A stretch of DNA of 64,000 nt from Candidatus Aenigmatarchaeota archaeon. Its GTDB lineage: Archaea; Aenigmatarchaeota; Aenigmatarchaeia; JACPZZ01. The DNA lies in NCBI GenBank assembly GCA_016180965.1, contig JACPAF010000002.1, positions 82,529-146,528 of the forward strand, read 5' to 3'. Position 1 is the first letter of the stretch. Every line of letters starts with the position of its first letter. A program made the translations under genes and the position numbers. Shown one piece after another: positions 45,870-53,149 of the stretch. The notes beneath the pieces were generated by a model. That model was not told the origin of the DNA and searched no databases. It saw only the letters and a list, made by a program, of their open reading frames with translations.

Positions 45870-46745
45870 TTATGCAGTCGTAACAACCGGCTTGTCGCGC
45901 ACTATGACAGTGTGCTCGGCTTGTGCGACTTTTCCGTGTCCGGCTTCGCGTAAAACTGCGTGCGGTTGTATGGCTCCCGCAGCGACCAATTGCTTAACGG
46001 CCAAATCGAATTTTATCGGCGTAATTCCTTTTATCCAGCGCTCACAAAATGGTAACGATAAAAAATCCTTTTTTGCCAAATTTAGAACCTGCCTGCTTTC
46101 AGGCAGTCTTGTGTTGTGATCTTTCAGATAACTAAAAATGTAAACACGTTCGCTGTCTTTTACTGTTCCCGCGCCATCGGTTGCGAAAGGTTCGACAGCG
46201 AAGACGTCATCGACCTTGAATTCGTAATTGATTTTGTTCCGAATGTTCGGTATTGTAACCGGGCCGTGGAATGTGAATTTGTCCAAGCTGTGGCCTGTTA
46301 AATTGTTTACGGCACGGAAACCCTTGGATTCGATTTCGCTCTCAATAACCTCCGAAACGTCGCTAACTTTTTTGCCAGGTTTCATAATTTTCACTGCGGC
46401 GTTAACAGCGTCTGTAACAGCTGTTATCATATCACTTTTTTCCGAGTTGAATGTGACTGCACCGTCGGCTATGTAACCGTCGATATGCGCGCCTAAATCC
46501 ACTTTTACGAAATCTCCATCTTTAACAACCGTTTCGTCATTGGGAATTGGGGTGTAATGCGCGGCTATGTCATTGATGGATATGTTGGCGGGAAATGCGG
46601 GCATCGCGCCTTTCCTGATAATCTCATTTTCCACTGTATCCGCGATGTCTATGATTTTATCCCCGGGCTTTATGCGCAACGCTGCGTAAATGTCTTTCAA
46701 TATTTTTCCGGCTTTCGTATAATTTTCGAAAATTTTCGCGTCCAT
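45870..46745 (-). CDS. map: Methionine aminopeptidase, type 2 (archaeal)
   Basis: 'FPANISINDIAAHYTP', 'VDLGAHIDGYIAD' and 'GHSL' metal-ligand regions. Confidence 0.92.
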   Translation of the reverse strand: MDAKIFENYTKAGKILKDIYAALRIKPGDKIIDIADTVENEIIRKGAMPAFPANISINDIAAHYTPIPNDETVVKDGDFVKVDLGAHIDGYIADGAVTFNSEKSDMITAVTDAVNAAVKIMKPGKKVSDVSEVIESEIESKGFRAVNNLTGHSLDKFTFHGPVTIPNIRNKINYEFKVDDVFAVEPFATDGAGTVKDSERVYIFSYLKDHNTRLPESRQVLNLAKKDFLSLPFCERWIKGITPIKFDLAVKQLVAAGAIQPHAVLREAGHGKVAQAEHTVIVRDKPVVTTA

Positions 46746-46770
46746 ATCAAATTCCTTTTTGGTAAAACAA

Positions 46771-46817
46771 CGAAAATCAACGGATTTTCGTGCACAGGAA
46801 ATCCTTGATTTCCTGTG
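46771..46817 (+). repeat. Double-hairpin element, copy 3
   Basis: CGAAAATC-aacg-GATTTTCG-tg-CACAGGAAAT-ccttg-ATTTCCTGTG. Both stems carry compensatory changes relative to copy 1. Confidence 0.8.
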
Positions 46818-46879
46818 AGGCCTTTGAGAACTCCAAAAACTATTTTGGTCCCAAGACCTGAATACAATATTAACTTATG

Positions 46880-47251
46880 TTACTTCTTAAAACTTAATAC
46901 ATCACCGATTCTTATCCTTTTATTTTTCGCTTCCCCGGCGTTTATCTCAATAACATGCTTGCATTTCACGGGCGGTTTTACAGTTTTCCACGTTGACGGG
47001 TTTAAAGAAAGAGGTTTGGCTGCGTGTTCTATGCAGATTACTTTCATGTTTTTATCAATGAAAACGATGTCTATTGGAAAACGCATCCCGAACATCCAGA
47101 AAGACCATTTGTTTTCGAATGGGAATGAAAAAAGCATTCCGTTGTTTTTTCCGAGCTCGGAACGAAACATCAATCCTACCATCTTTTTTGCTATACTTGA
47201 GGCTTCCTCGGCCAAAAACAGTTTTTTGTGATGTTTGTACACGGTTTTCAT
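46880..47251 (-). CDS. DUF192 family protein
   Basis: 'GLMFRSELGKNNGMLFSF' and 'FWMFGMRFPIDIVFID' are typical of DUF192 (COG1430). Confidence 0.8.
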   Translation of the reverse strand: MKTVYKHHKKLFLAEEASSIAKKMVGLMFRSELGKNNGMLFSFPFENKWSFWMFGMRFPIDIVFIDKNMKVICIEHAAKPLSLNPSTWKTVKPPVKCKHVIEINAGEAKNKRIRIGDVLSFKK

Positions 47252-47286
47252 ATTGTTATTATAAACTATCCCAATTAATACAGTTC

Positions 47287-48054
47287 ATGGACGAAACGCA
47301 CAGTTACGACATAGTGGGAAATATAGCAATAATCGAAGTTCCGGAAGGAGCCGATGAAAAACTCATGGCAAATGAAATAATGAAGAATAAAAACATAATT
47401 ACCGTTGTAAAAAAACTTTCCGCAAGAGAAGGCGTTTTTAGAACCAGGCAACTGGAAGTTGTCGCAGGCAAACAAAACTTGGAAACCATTCATACTGAAC
47501 ACGGAATGAAATACAAGCTCGACGTCGGTAAGGTTTATTTCTCACCGCGCGAGGGCGAGGAGAGGCAAAAAATAGCTGATAAGATACGAAATGATGAAAC
47601 TGTGCTTGTAATGTTCGCAGGCATAGGCGCGTATGCCATAGCGATAACAAAGAAAAAACCGCAGTCAAAAGTTTATGCCGTCGAAATAAACAGCGACGCG
47701 TACGAATACATGCGGACTAACATAAGGTTGAACAGAGTGGACGCGTTAGTTTATCCGTTAAAAGGCGACGTTCGCATTGTGTGCAAAGGCATGGACGGCA
47801 AATTTGACCGCGTTGTGATGCCTTATCCGGCTGGCGCGCATGAATTTTTGGATATTGCGATTGGGTGTTTGAAGAAAAACGGATTTATACACTTTTACAC
47901 AATCAGCAAAGAAGGCGAAGAAGACGCCGGAAAGGAACTTCTTGGGAAGGAAGCAAATAAGCTCGGACGTAAAACGGTTAACGTGGAATCACGCAAAGTT
48001 TTACCGTATGCGCCGAGGATGTGGAAACGCTGCGTAGAGGCTCAGATAGTTTGA
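47287..48054 (+). CDS. trm5: tRNA (guanine37-N1)-methyltransferase Trm5/Taw-like (Met-10+ family)
   Basis: 'YDIVGNIAIIE', 'VYFSPR', 'VLVMFAGIGAYAI', 'VYAVEINSDA' and 'DRVVMPYP'. Start set at 'MDETHSY'. Confidence 0.88.
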   Translation: MDETHSYDIVGNIAIIEVPEGADEKLMANEIMKNKNIITVVKKLSAREGVFRTRQLEVVAGKQNLETIHTEHGMKYKLDVGKVYFSPREGEERQKIADKIRNDETVLVMFAGIGAYAIAITKKKPQSKVYAVEINSDAYEYMRTNIRLNRVDALVYPLKGDVRIVCKGMDGKFDRVVMPYPAGAHEFLDIAIGCLKKNGFIHFYTISKEGEEDAGKELLGKEANKLGRKTVNVESRKVLPYAPRMWKRCVEAQIV

Positions 48055-48081
48055 AATATGCAACAACCGTATTGAGACGTT

Positions 48082-48672
48082 ATGGAACAGACCAAAATAG
48101 ACAAAATAAAAGCCCATTGGTATTCGCATCCGTCATGGAATGCTGAAAGACCATTGTTAAAGGAATTTCTCGCGGAACCTCCACTGATGCTTGCGCGGGC
48201 GGTGTTTGCCATGTCTGGGGACAGGCTTGAACTGCCTTATTGGAGATTCCAAAACGATGCGAAGATGCACGCATTGTATATGGCAGGGCGCGACGTTTAC
48301 GATCCGGCTGATGTAGCGGCTGATTATGCATCTGCGGTTCTGGAAGTTTCAAAGCGGATAATAACCAACGAAGGCCAATTCGACAGGGTGATGCAGATTT
48401 CGGTCGATAAATTACTAAATTCGAACCTGCCAGTGGTTACTGCGGAGGTCCTTGCCAGGAGGTTCGGCCTTGACGGCAAACCGAGGACCTATGCGGAGAC
48501 GGGTGCCGAATTAAATTTCAATGCAGGCGAGATATCGAGATTGGAATCCGACGGTTTAAAATTGTTAAGACATCCTTCACGTTCAGGGGTCATCGGTTCG
48601 TATCTGCAGGAAAGACGCAGGGTGTTCTTAAAATATCTGTATGAATCAGGTATAATGACGGAAGACCTATAG
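48082..48672 (+). CDS. Protein with a bacterial primary-sigma-factor (RpoD) region-4-like C-terminal segment
   Basis: 'TAEVLARRFGLDGKPRTYAETGAELNFNAGEISRLESDGLKLLRHPSRSGVIGSYLQE' parallels E. coli RpoD '...[59 protein letters not shown]'. Confidence 0.7.
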   Translation: MEQTKIDKIKAHWYSHPSWNAERPLLKEFLAEPPLMLARAVFAMSGDRLELPYWRFQNDAKMHALYMAGRDVYDPADVAADYASAVLEVSKRIITNEGQFDRVMQISVDKLLNSNLPVVTAEVLARRFGLDGKPRTYAETGAELNFNAGEISRLESDGLKLLRHPSRSGVIGSYLQERRRVFLKYLYESGIMTEDL

Positions 48673-48689
48673 GACTATTAATAAGAAAC

Positions 48690-48826
48690 GCGGGGGTAGC
48701 CAAGCCCGGTTAAAGGCAAACCGAAACGGATTGATACTAAATACAATCCGTTTCTGTCCACAACAGGCGCAGGCTTCAGGAGCCTGTCTCCTAGCGAGTT
48801 CGCCGGTTCAAATCCGGCCTCCCGCA
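48690..48826 (+). tRNA. tRNA-Leu (anticodon CAG) with a roughly 51-nt non-canonical intron between the D arm and the anticodon stem
   Basis: Acceptor stem GCGGGGG/CTCCCGC. D arm GCC-AAGCCCGGTTAAA-GGC. The insert is about 48718-48768. Anticodon stem CAGGC-TT-CAG-GA-GCCTG. Long variable arm. T arm GCCGG-TTCAAAT-CCGGC. Discriminator A. Confidence 0.85.
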
Positions 48827-48828
48827 TT

Positions 48829-49266
48829 TTCGTTGAAGCTGCTTTTAGGCAAATAAAAGGCGTTAAGTCCACAAGAGTGGGTTATGTTGGCGGCTCGATG
48901 AAAAATCCTAGTTACGAGGATGTTTGCACGGATAAAACCGGACATGCGGAAGCGGTTGAAGTTACCTTTGATCCGAAAAAAATTAATTACGAAAAATTGT
49001 TGCAAGTTTTTTGGGATAACCACAATCCGACTCAATTAAACAGACAAGGACCTGATCTGGGGACGCAATACAGGTCCGTGATTTTTTACCATAACGATAA
49101 GCAGAAAGAAGCTGCGATAAAATCCAAGGAAAAATTACAAAAGTCGGATAAATACAAGGACAGGAAGATTGTTACTGAAGTTGTTCATATTGAGGCGTTC
49201 TACGAAGCTGAAAAATACCACCAACAATATTTGGAGAAGCGCGGGCTTTCCACCTGTCACATCTAA
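48829..49266 (+). pseudogene. msrA: Peptide-methionine (S)-S-oxide reductase MsrA, 5'-truncated; catalytic GCFW(G/C) motif absent
   Basis: Homology ('VEAAFRQIKGVKSTRVGYVGG...GHAEAVEVTFDP...GTQYRSVIFY') starts 3-6 nt after the tRNA-Leu 3' end. The only in-frame start is GTG 48877. Confidence 0.7.
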
Positions 49267-49268
49267 CT

Positions 49269-49300
49269 AGAAACAGGTGCTGCTTTGTATGCACCTGTTT
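49269..49300. terminator. Perfect 11-bp hairpin between the convergent msrA and msrB genes
   Basis: GAAACAGGTGC-tgctttgtat-GCACCTGTTTC. Confidence 0.45.
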
Positions 49301-49315
49301 CAGACAGTTTTAGAA

Positions 49316-49714
49316 TCATTTCTTCCTGAAGTTTAACGCGGCCGAGTTTATGCAATAACGCATTCCTGTAGGCGCAGGCCCGTCTTCAAATACGTGACCT
49401 AGATGGCTGCCGCATTTCTTGCACAACACTTCGACGCGGTTCATGCCAAACGTTTTGTCAGTTTTCTTTTCTATGTTGTCATTATTCATGACGTCATAGA
49501 AACTTGGCCAGCCCGTACCGGAATCAAATTTTGTGCCAGAGGAAAACAATTCCGCACCACAGCCGGCGCAGATGTAAATACCAGTTTCCTTGTTTTTCAA
49601 CAGTTTGCCTGTAAATGCCGGTTCCGTTCCTTTTTTACGAAGTATCGCATACTGTTCGGGTGTCAAGCAAGTCTTCCATTCATTCTCGTTTTTGGGCATT
49701 TTTGACTTTTCCAT
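49316..49714 (-). CDS. msrB: Peptide-methionine (R)-S-oxide reductase MsrB
   Basis: Zinc-site Cys pairs 'CAGCG' and '[12 protein letters not shown]', plus 'GTGWPSF'. Confidence 0.93.
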   Translation of the reverse strand: MEKSKMPKNENEWKTCLTPEQYAILRKKGTEPAFTGKLLKNKETGIYICAGCGAELFSSGTKFDSGTGWPSFYDVMNNDNIEKKTDKTFGMNRVEVLCKKCGSHLGHVFEDGPAPTGMRYCINSAALNFRKK

Positions 49715-49765
49715 AAGATACTTACGGCTAGGATGTTAAAAAAATTAAAAAAATAGAACATTCTA

Positions 49766-50026
49766 TCAGCACATGTGCCCGTGTAGACCGCAGTTTCTGT
49801 GGGATTCCATGCCTACTATCTTACCAAGCTCTTTGACAACTAAACCTACGAAATACAACGGCAATATGCTCATGTATAACGCCAAGCTGTTCTGGCCTGT
49901 CAAACCAACCGCCAGTTGAGCTCCGATACCCGCTATCAGTACGAATATACCTACAGCGGAGATTGCTTTTGCAACAAGCATTAAGCCTATGTTACAATTG
50001 CAAACTGCTTTTCCTTTTCCAGCCAA
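49766..50026 (-). CDS. Small membrane protein with Cys/His-rich termini
   Basis: Two TM segments. N-terminal 'VCNCN' and C-terminal 'HRNCGLHGHMC', which could be metal-binding. Confidence 0.45.
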   Translation of the reverse strand: MAGKGKAVCNCNIGLMLVAKAISAVGIFVLIAGIGAQLAVGLTGQNSLALYMSILPLYFVGLVVKELGKIVGMESHRNCGLHGHMC

Positions 50027-50073
50027 TCAATGCACCTCCTTTGTCTAAACTGAAGCAGATCGTTATGTAAACT

Positions 50074-50105
50074 GAATCATACCGTATAGTATACAGGTAT
50101 GATTC
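50074..50105. promoter_or_regulatory. Near-perfect palindrome of about 15 bp in a divergent intergenic region
   Basis: GAATCATACCGTATA-g-TATACAGGTATGATTC with a 1-nt bulge. It is preceded by the direct repeat TAAACTGAA x2. Confidence 0.4.
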
Positions 50106-50198
50106 TAGCCCCGATCGATCTGTTTCTAGCTACTTATTAGTAAAACACACGTTAAATAACAAATTGTCGTTTAATAGTATAATATATTAGGTGTTTCC

Positions 50199-50543
50199 AT
50201 GTTCGATTCCAAGTTACCAAGGCACTCCAGAGAGGATAAGGAATTAGACAACGATTATGGCAATCCGATCAGCTATTCAACGGTCCTTGGAGTTCCGATA
50301 CCATATTCCGACTCAAAAGCTATCGCGGGAATGGAAGTTGTTGAAGTCGCCGGCTGCTATATGCCGGAGAACGTTCTTGGAATGACCGATTGCATCAAAA
50401 AAATCTGGATACGTTACGGGTTAGGCTATCTGAAAAAGCATGTTTTGATACACGAAATAGAGCACGTGAAAGATCCGATGGCTAGCGAGTACATTATAAG
50501 ATTGCGGGCTAAACAACGTGAGCCTGTGCATTACGTAATTTAA
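50199..50543 (+). CDS. Small HEXXH-motif protein (putative Zn-metallopeptidase-like)
   Basis: 'HVLIHEIEHVKD' near the C-terminus of a 114-aa ORF. Confidence 0.45.
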   Translation: MFDSKLPRHSREDKELDNDYGNPISYSTVLGVPIPYSDSKAIAGMEVVEVAGCYMPENVLGMTDCIKKIWIRYGLGYLKKHVLIHEIEHVKDPMASEYIIRLRAKQREPVHYVI

Positions 50544-50567
50544 ATACCTAACTTTCTGATCTTGGTC

Positions 50568-51362
50568 ATGATTGTTTACGAAGCGGACATACGCAGAGCT
50601 TATTCGAATGCCTGGAATCGCCTGTCGACTGCTGCGAATATGGGCAAAGCCACTCCGCCTTCTCTGGTGTTGTCAAGAAGCGAAGGGGAAGGCCTGGTAG
50701 TATCAAAGCTGAAAGAACTGTCCAGAAGATATCCCATCACTCTCAACCAAAATACCGAAGGCAGGGAACTTGCTCTCGGTTACGAGGAAAGCGGAATTAC
50801 CTATTGTCAAGTCTTCACGCCCGCCGAAGGGCAAAAATTTCCAGTGCAAATAGTATTAGGACCAGTTTTTCTGGGAAATTTTAAAAATGCAAGATCGATA
50901 AAGCCTTACGTGTACCATGAATTGTCACATATTGTGAGGTATATGACCCAGCCGGAAATTGCAGTTTATTCGGATGCATTTTCTGAAAGAACTAGAGGCA
51001 ATTTAGTCACATTGAGAGACGTTTTTGACTTTTGCGTCGAGGAGAGTGTTGCATGGTCTGCAAGTTTTCTGGAAACGAGGAACATCAAATTTATCGTGCG
51101 CCACCTGCAGCGTTTGAAAAAACAGGGCAACATGACCGTGGAAGATGTGGCAGTTATTGTGGAGCAGATAGATGCGTATGTGCCCACAGTCTCGGAGCTT
51201 CTTACATCGAACGGTTTCATGGAAAGAATAGGACATGCTATGAAAAGCCACAGAAACCCGAAAGTACAGGACATGGGAGATGTTTATCTCGGATATTCAC
51301 AGGATTTAAAGAATACCAGAGCCCGGATGGACAATGCGGGAATGGAACTTTATGTTTTGTGA
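50568..51362 (+). CDS. HEXXH-motif protein (putative Zn-metallopeptidase-like)
   Basis: 'YVYHELSHIVRY'. The track ORF starts at TTG 50562 and the first ATG is at 50568. Confidence 0.5.
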   Translation: MIVYEADIRRAYSNAWNRLSTAANMGKATPPSLVLSRSEGEGLVVSKLKELSRRYPITLNQNTEGRELALGYEESGITYCQVFTPAEGQKFPVQIVLGPVFLGNFKNARSIKPYVYHELSHIVRYMTQPEIAVYSDAFSERTRGNLVTLRDVFDFCVEESVAWSASFLETRNIKFIVRHLQRLKKQGNMTVEDVAVIVEQIDAYVPTVSELLTSNGFMERIGHAMKSHRNPKVQDMGDVYLGYSQDLKNTRARMDNAGMELYVL

Positions 51363-51408
51363 AATTAATTTCATTAATAAGTAAAAACAAAATTATTGAG
51401 GTGTTTGT

Positions 51409-51522
51409 ATGAGCAGGCAGGAATTTTTTGAAAAGGACAGGGGTCACAAAAAAAAATACAACACAGTCTACAAGAAAGGGTTCAAGAGGAAATACCAAAA
51501 ACTCGTTTCTACCGTCAACTGA
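51409..51522 (+). CDS. Small basic protein (37 aa); too short for the ORF track
   Basis: 'GAGGTG' lies 6 nt upstream. MSRQEFFEKDRGHKKKYNTVYKKGFKRKYQKLVSTVN. The stop codon is embedded in the following hairpin. Confidence 0.35.
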   Translation: MSRQEFFEKDRGHKKKYNTVYKKGFKRKYQKLVSTVN

Positions 51523-51551
51523 AACATACGCATACCGAAAGCGTATGTTTC
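51521..51551. terminator. Perfect 11-bp hairpin between convergent genes
   Basis: GAAACATACGC-ataccgaaa-GCGTATGTTTC. Confidence 0.45.
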
Positions 51552-51554
51552 CAG

Positions 51555-51965
51555 CTATTTAACCGGTTTTTTCTGCTGCTCCGGCTGTACGGATTTTTTA
51601 TCTTTACTAAGTGTTAGCAGGAACAATAGAACCGTTATTAATGCCGAACCGGCCACGAACAACAATGACGAACTGCGGAAAAGGGTTACAAGCGATTTAA
51701 CGGAGTCCGGCAGCAAAGATGAATAGGATTCAAGCACATTGAATATCGCGTATTCGCCTACGAGGTATATCACCAACAAGCCTATAGTCACGATCAATGA
51801 ATAAACGAACGCGGACGTGTTCTGTTTTACAGGCTTGGTGTTTTTCAGGCATTCAACGCAAAAAAGGGTTTTGTTGAGGGTGCGCGCGTGCGCATAGCAC
51901 ACTTCTTTCTGGCATGACGAACACAGGTAATTTGATTCGTCGGAACCGCAGATGTGGCATGGCAT
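51555..51965 (-). CDS. Membrane protein with an N-terminal B-box/zinc-ribbon-like Cys cluster
   Basis: 'CHICGSDESNYLCSSCQKEVCYAHARTLNKTLFCVECL' followed by three TM segments. Confidence 0.55.
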   Translation of the reverse strand: MPCHICGSDESNYLCSSCQKEVCYAHARTLNKTLFCVECLKNTKPVKQNTSAFVYSLIVTIGLLVIYLVGEYAIFNVLESYSSLLPDSVKSLVTLFRSSSLLFVAGSALITVLLFLLTLSKDKKSVQPEQQKKPVK

Positions 51966-52022
51966 ACAGATAATTCGGCAAGCGCTCTTAAATTATTCTA
52001 TTTAGACGCCCAATAATGATAT

Positions 52023-53033
52023 ATGAAAGCCGTAACGCCGGTAATCGCTTTAGTTATGCTGATGTTAATCACAGTCGGGATGGTCGGGACAGCATACACA
52101 TTCGTTTCAAGTTCGTTCAACAGCAAAATATCCAACGTCTTTAGCGTGATATATTCTTTACAAAATACTGTGATAATCAGAAATGACGGTACGCAGCCTA
52201 TAACCTCATTTACCGCGACACTGGACGGGAACCAGGAAAATATGGTCATCATGCCCGGCATATCAGGTTTGGTTGCGTATTGGGGCTTCAACGACGGTGC
52301 CGGAACAGTTGCGAAAGACTCGCAAGGCGCTACGAATTTTGAAATAAGGAACCTCGTGACTTGGGTAAGCGGAAAATTCGGCAAGGCCGTTAAAATAGAT
52401 GAAACAGTTGACGCAGGCTGTATCAACCAGGATGCGGGAGTTTTCACCGACAGCATACCAGCGTTGATCCAATCACTGCCGCAAAACTCATTTACACAGT
52501 CGTGGTGGAATTACCTGCCGGTAAACAGCGGATCCACTAGGGTCCATATGGCAAGTGTGGTTGTTCCGGGATGCGGAGTATGCAGCGTATGGAATATGAT
52601 AAACAAAGTGGAGGCGAGAACCGTTTCGGGCGGGGTTTCCGACATGCTGTACACCATGCCGTCGGCAAACGCGTGGCACCACATGGCGTATGTTTTCGAC
52701 AAGCCCAACCTCCGGCATAAGTTTTATATCGACGGCGAACTGGTCGCCGACAATCCGTTAGTTAACGGCGATTACGGCACAGTCCAGTGGCTGGCTGTGG
52801 GTGTGTATAATCCAAACTGCGTGGATGCGATACCGGGGGCCATTTACGACGAATATGGGATATACAACAGGGCTCTAGGCGTTGATGAAATAAAGAAATT
52901 ATACTCTTCAGCGTCCATAGAACCGGGAAAAACTGCGACGTTGAAACCACTTACAACTTTGTCAGCAGGCAAACACACCCTAGTATTGTGCACGGCAAAC
53001 GCGTGCAATACTGTGATTTTAACTGTTACTTAA
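52023..53033 (+). CDS. Class-III-signal (pilin-like) surface protein with a LamG/ConA-like lectin domain nested inside the Ig-like domain
   Basis: 'MKAVTPVIALVMLMLITVGMVG'. The LamG signature is 'LVAYWGFNDGAGTVAKDSQG...WVSGKFGKAVKID'. The flanking halves 'IIRNDGT..TATLDGN..MPG' and 'IEPGKTATLKP..GKHTLVLCT' match the domain that is contiguous in 3557..4546. Confidence 0.75.
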   Translation: MKAVTPVIALVMLMLITVGMVGTAYTFVSSSFNSKISNVFSVIYSLQNTVIIRNDGTQPITSFTATLDGNQENMVIMPGISGLVAYWGFNDGAGTVAKDSQGATNFEIRNLVTWVSGKFGKAVKIDETVDAGCINQDAGVFTDSIPALIQSLPQNSFTQSWWNYLPVNSGSTRVHMASVVVPGCGVCSVWNMINKVEARTVSGGVSDMLYTMPSANAWHHMAYVFDKPNLRHKFYIDGELVADNPLVNGDYGTVQWLAVGVYNPNCVDAIPGAIYDEYGIYNRALGVDEIKKLYSSASIEPGKTATLKPLTTLSAGKHTLVLCTANACNTVILTVT

Positions 53034-53149
53034 CCGGATGCATGCAGACCAGACCAAAATGTTCCTTAACAATATTAATTCTTTATCGCTAAATCCCATT
53101 TCGTAAAGATGTTTTAAGACCGCTGCGCCAATTTAAAACTTAAGATAAA

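Noticed and set aside
48082-49266. An integrated provirus or plasmid at tRNA-Leu
   Set aside because: No integrase, capsid or replication genes flank the tRNA. I found no direct repeat of the tRNA 3' end by eye. The neighbours on both sides are housekeeping genes (trm5, msrB). Only a small recombination or deletion scar is supported.
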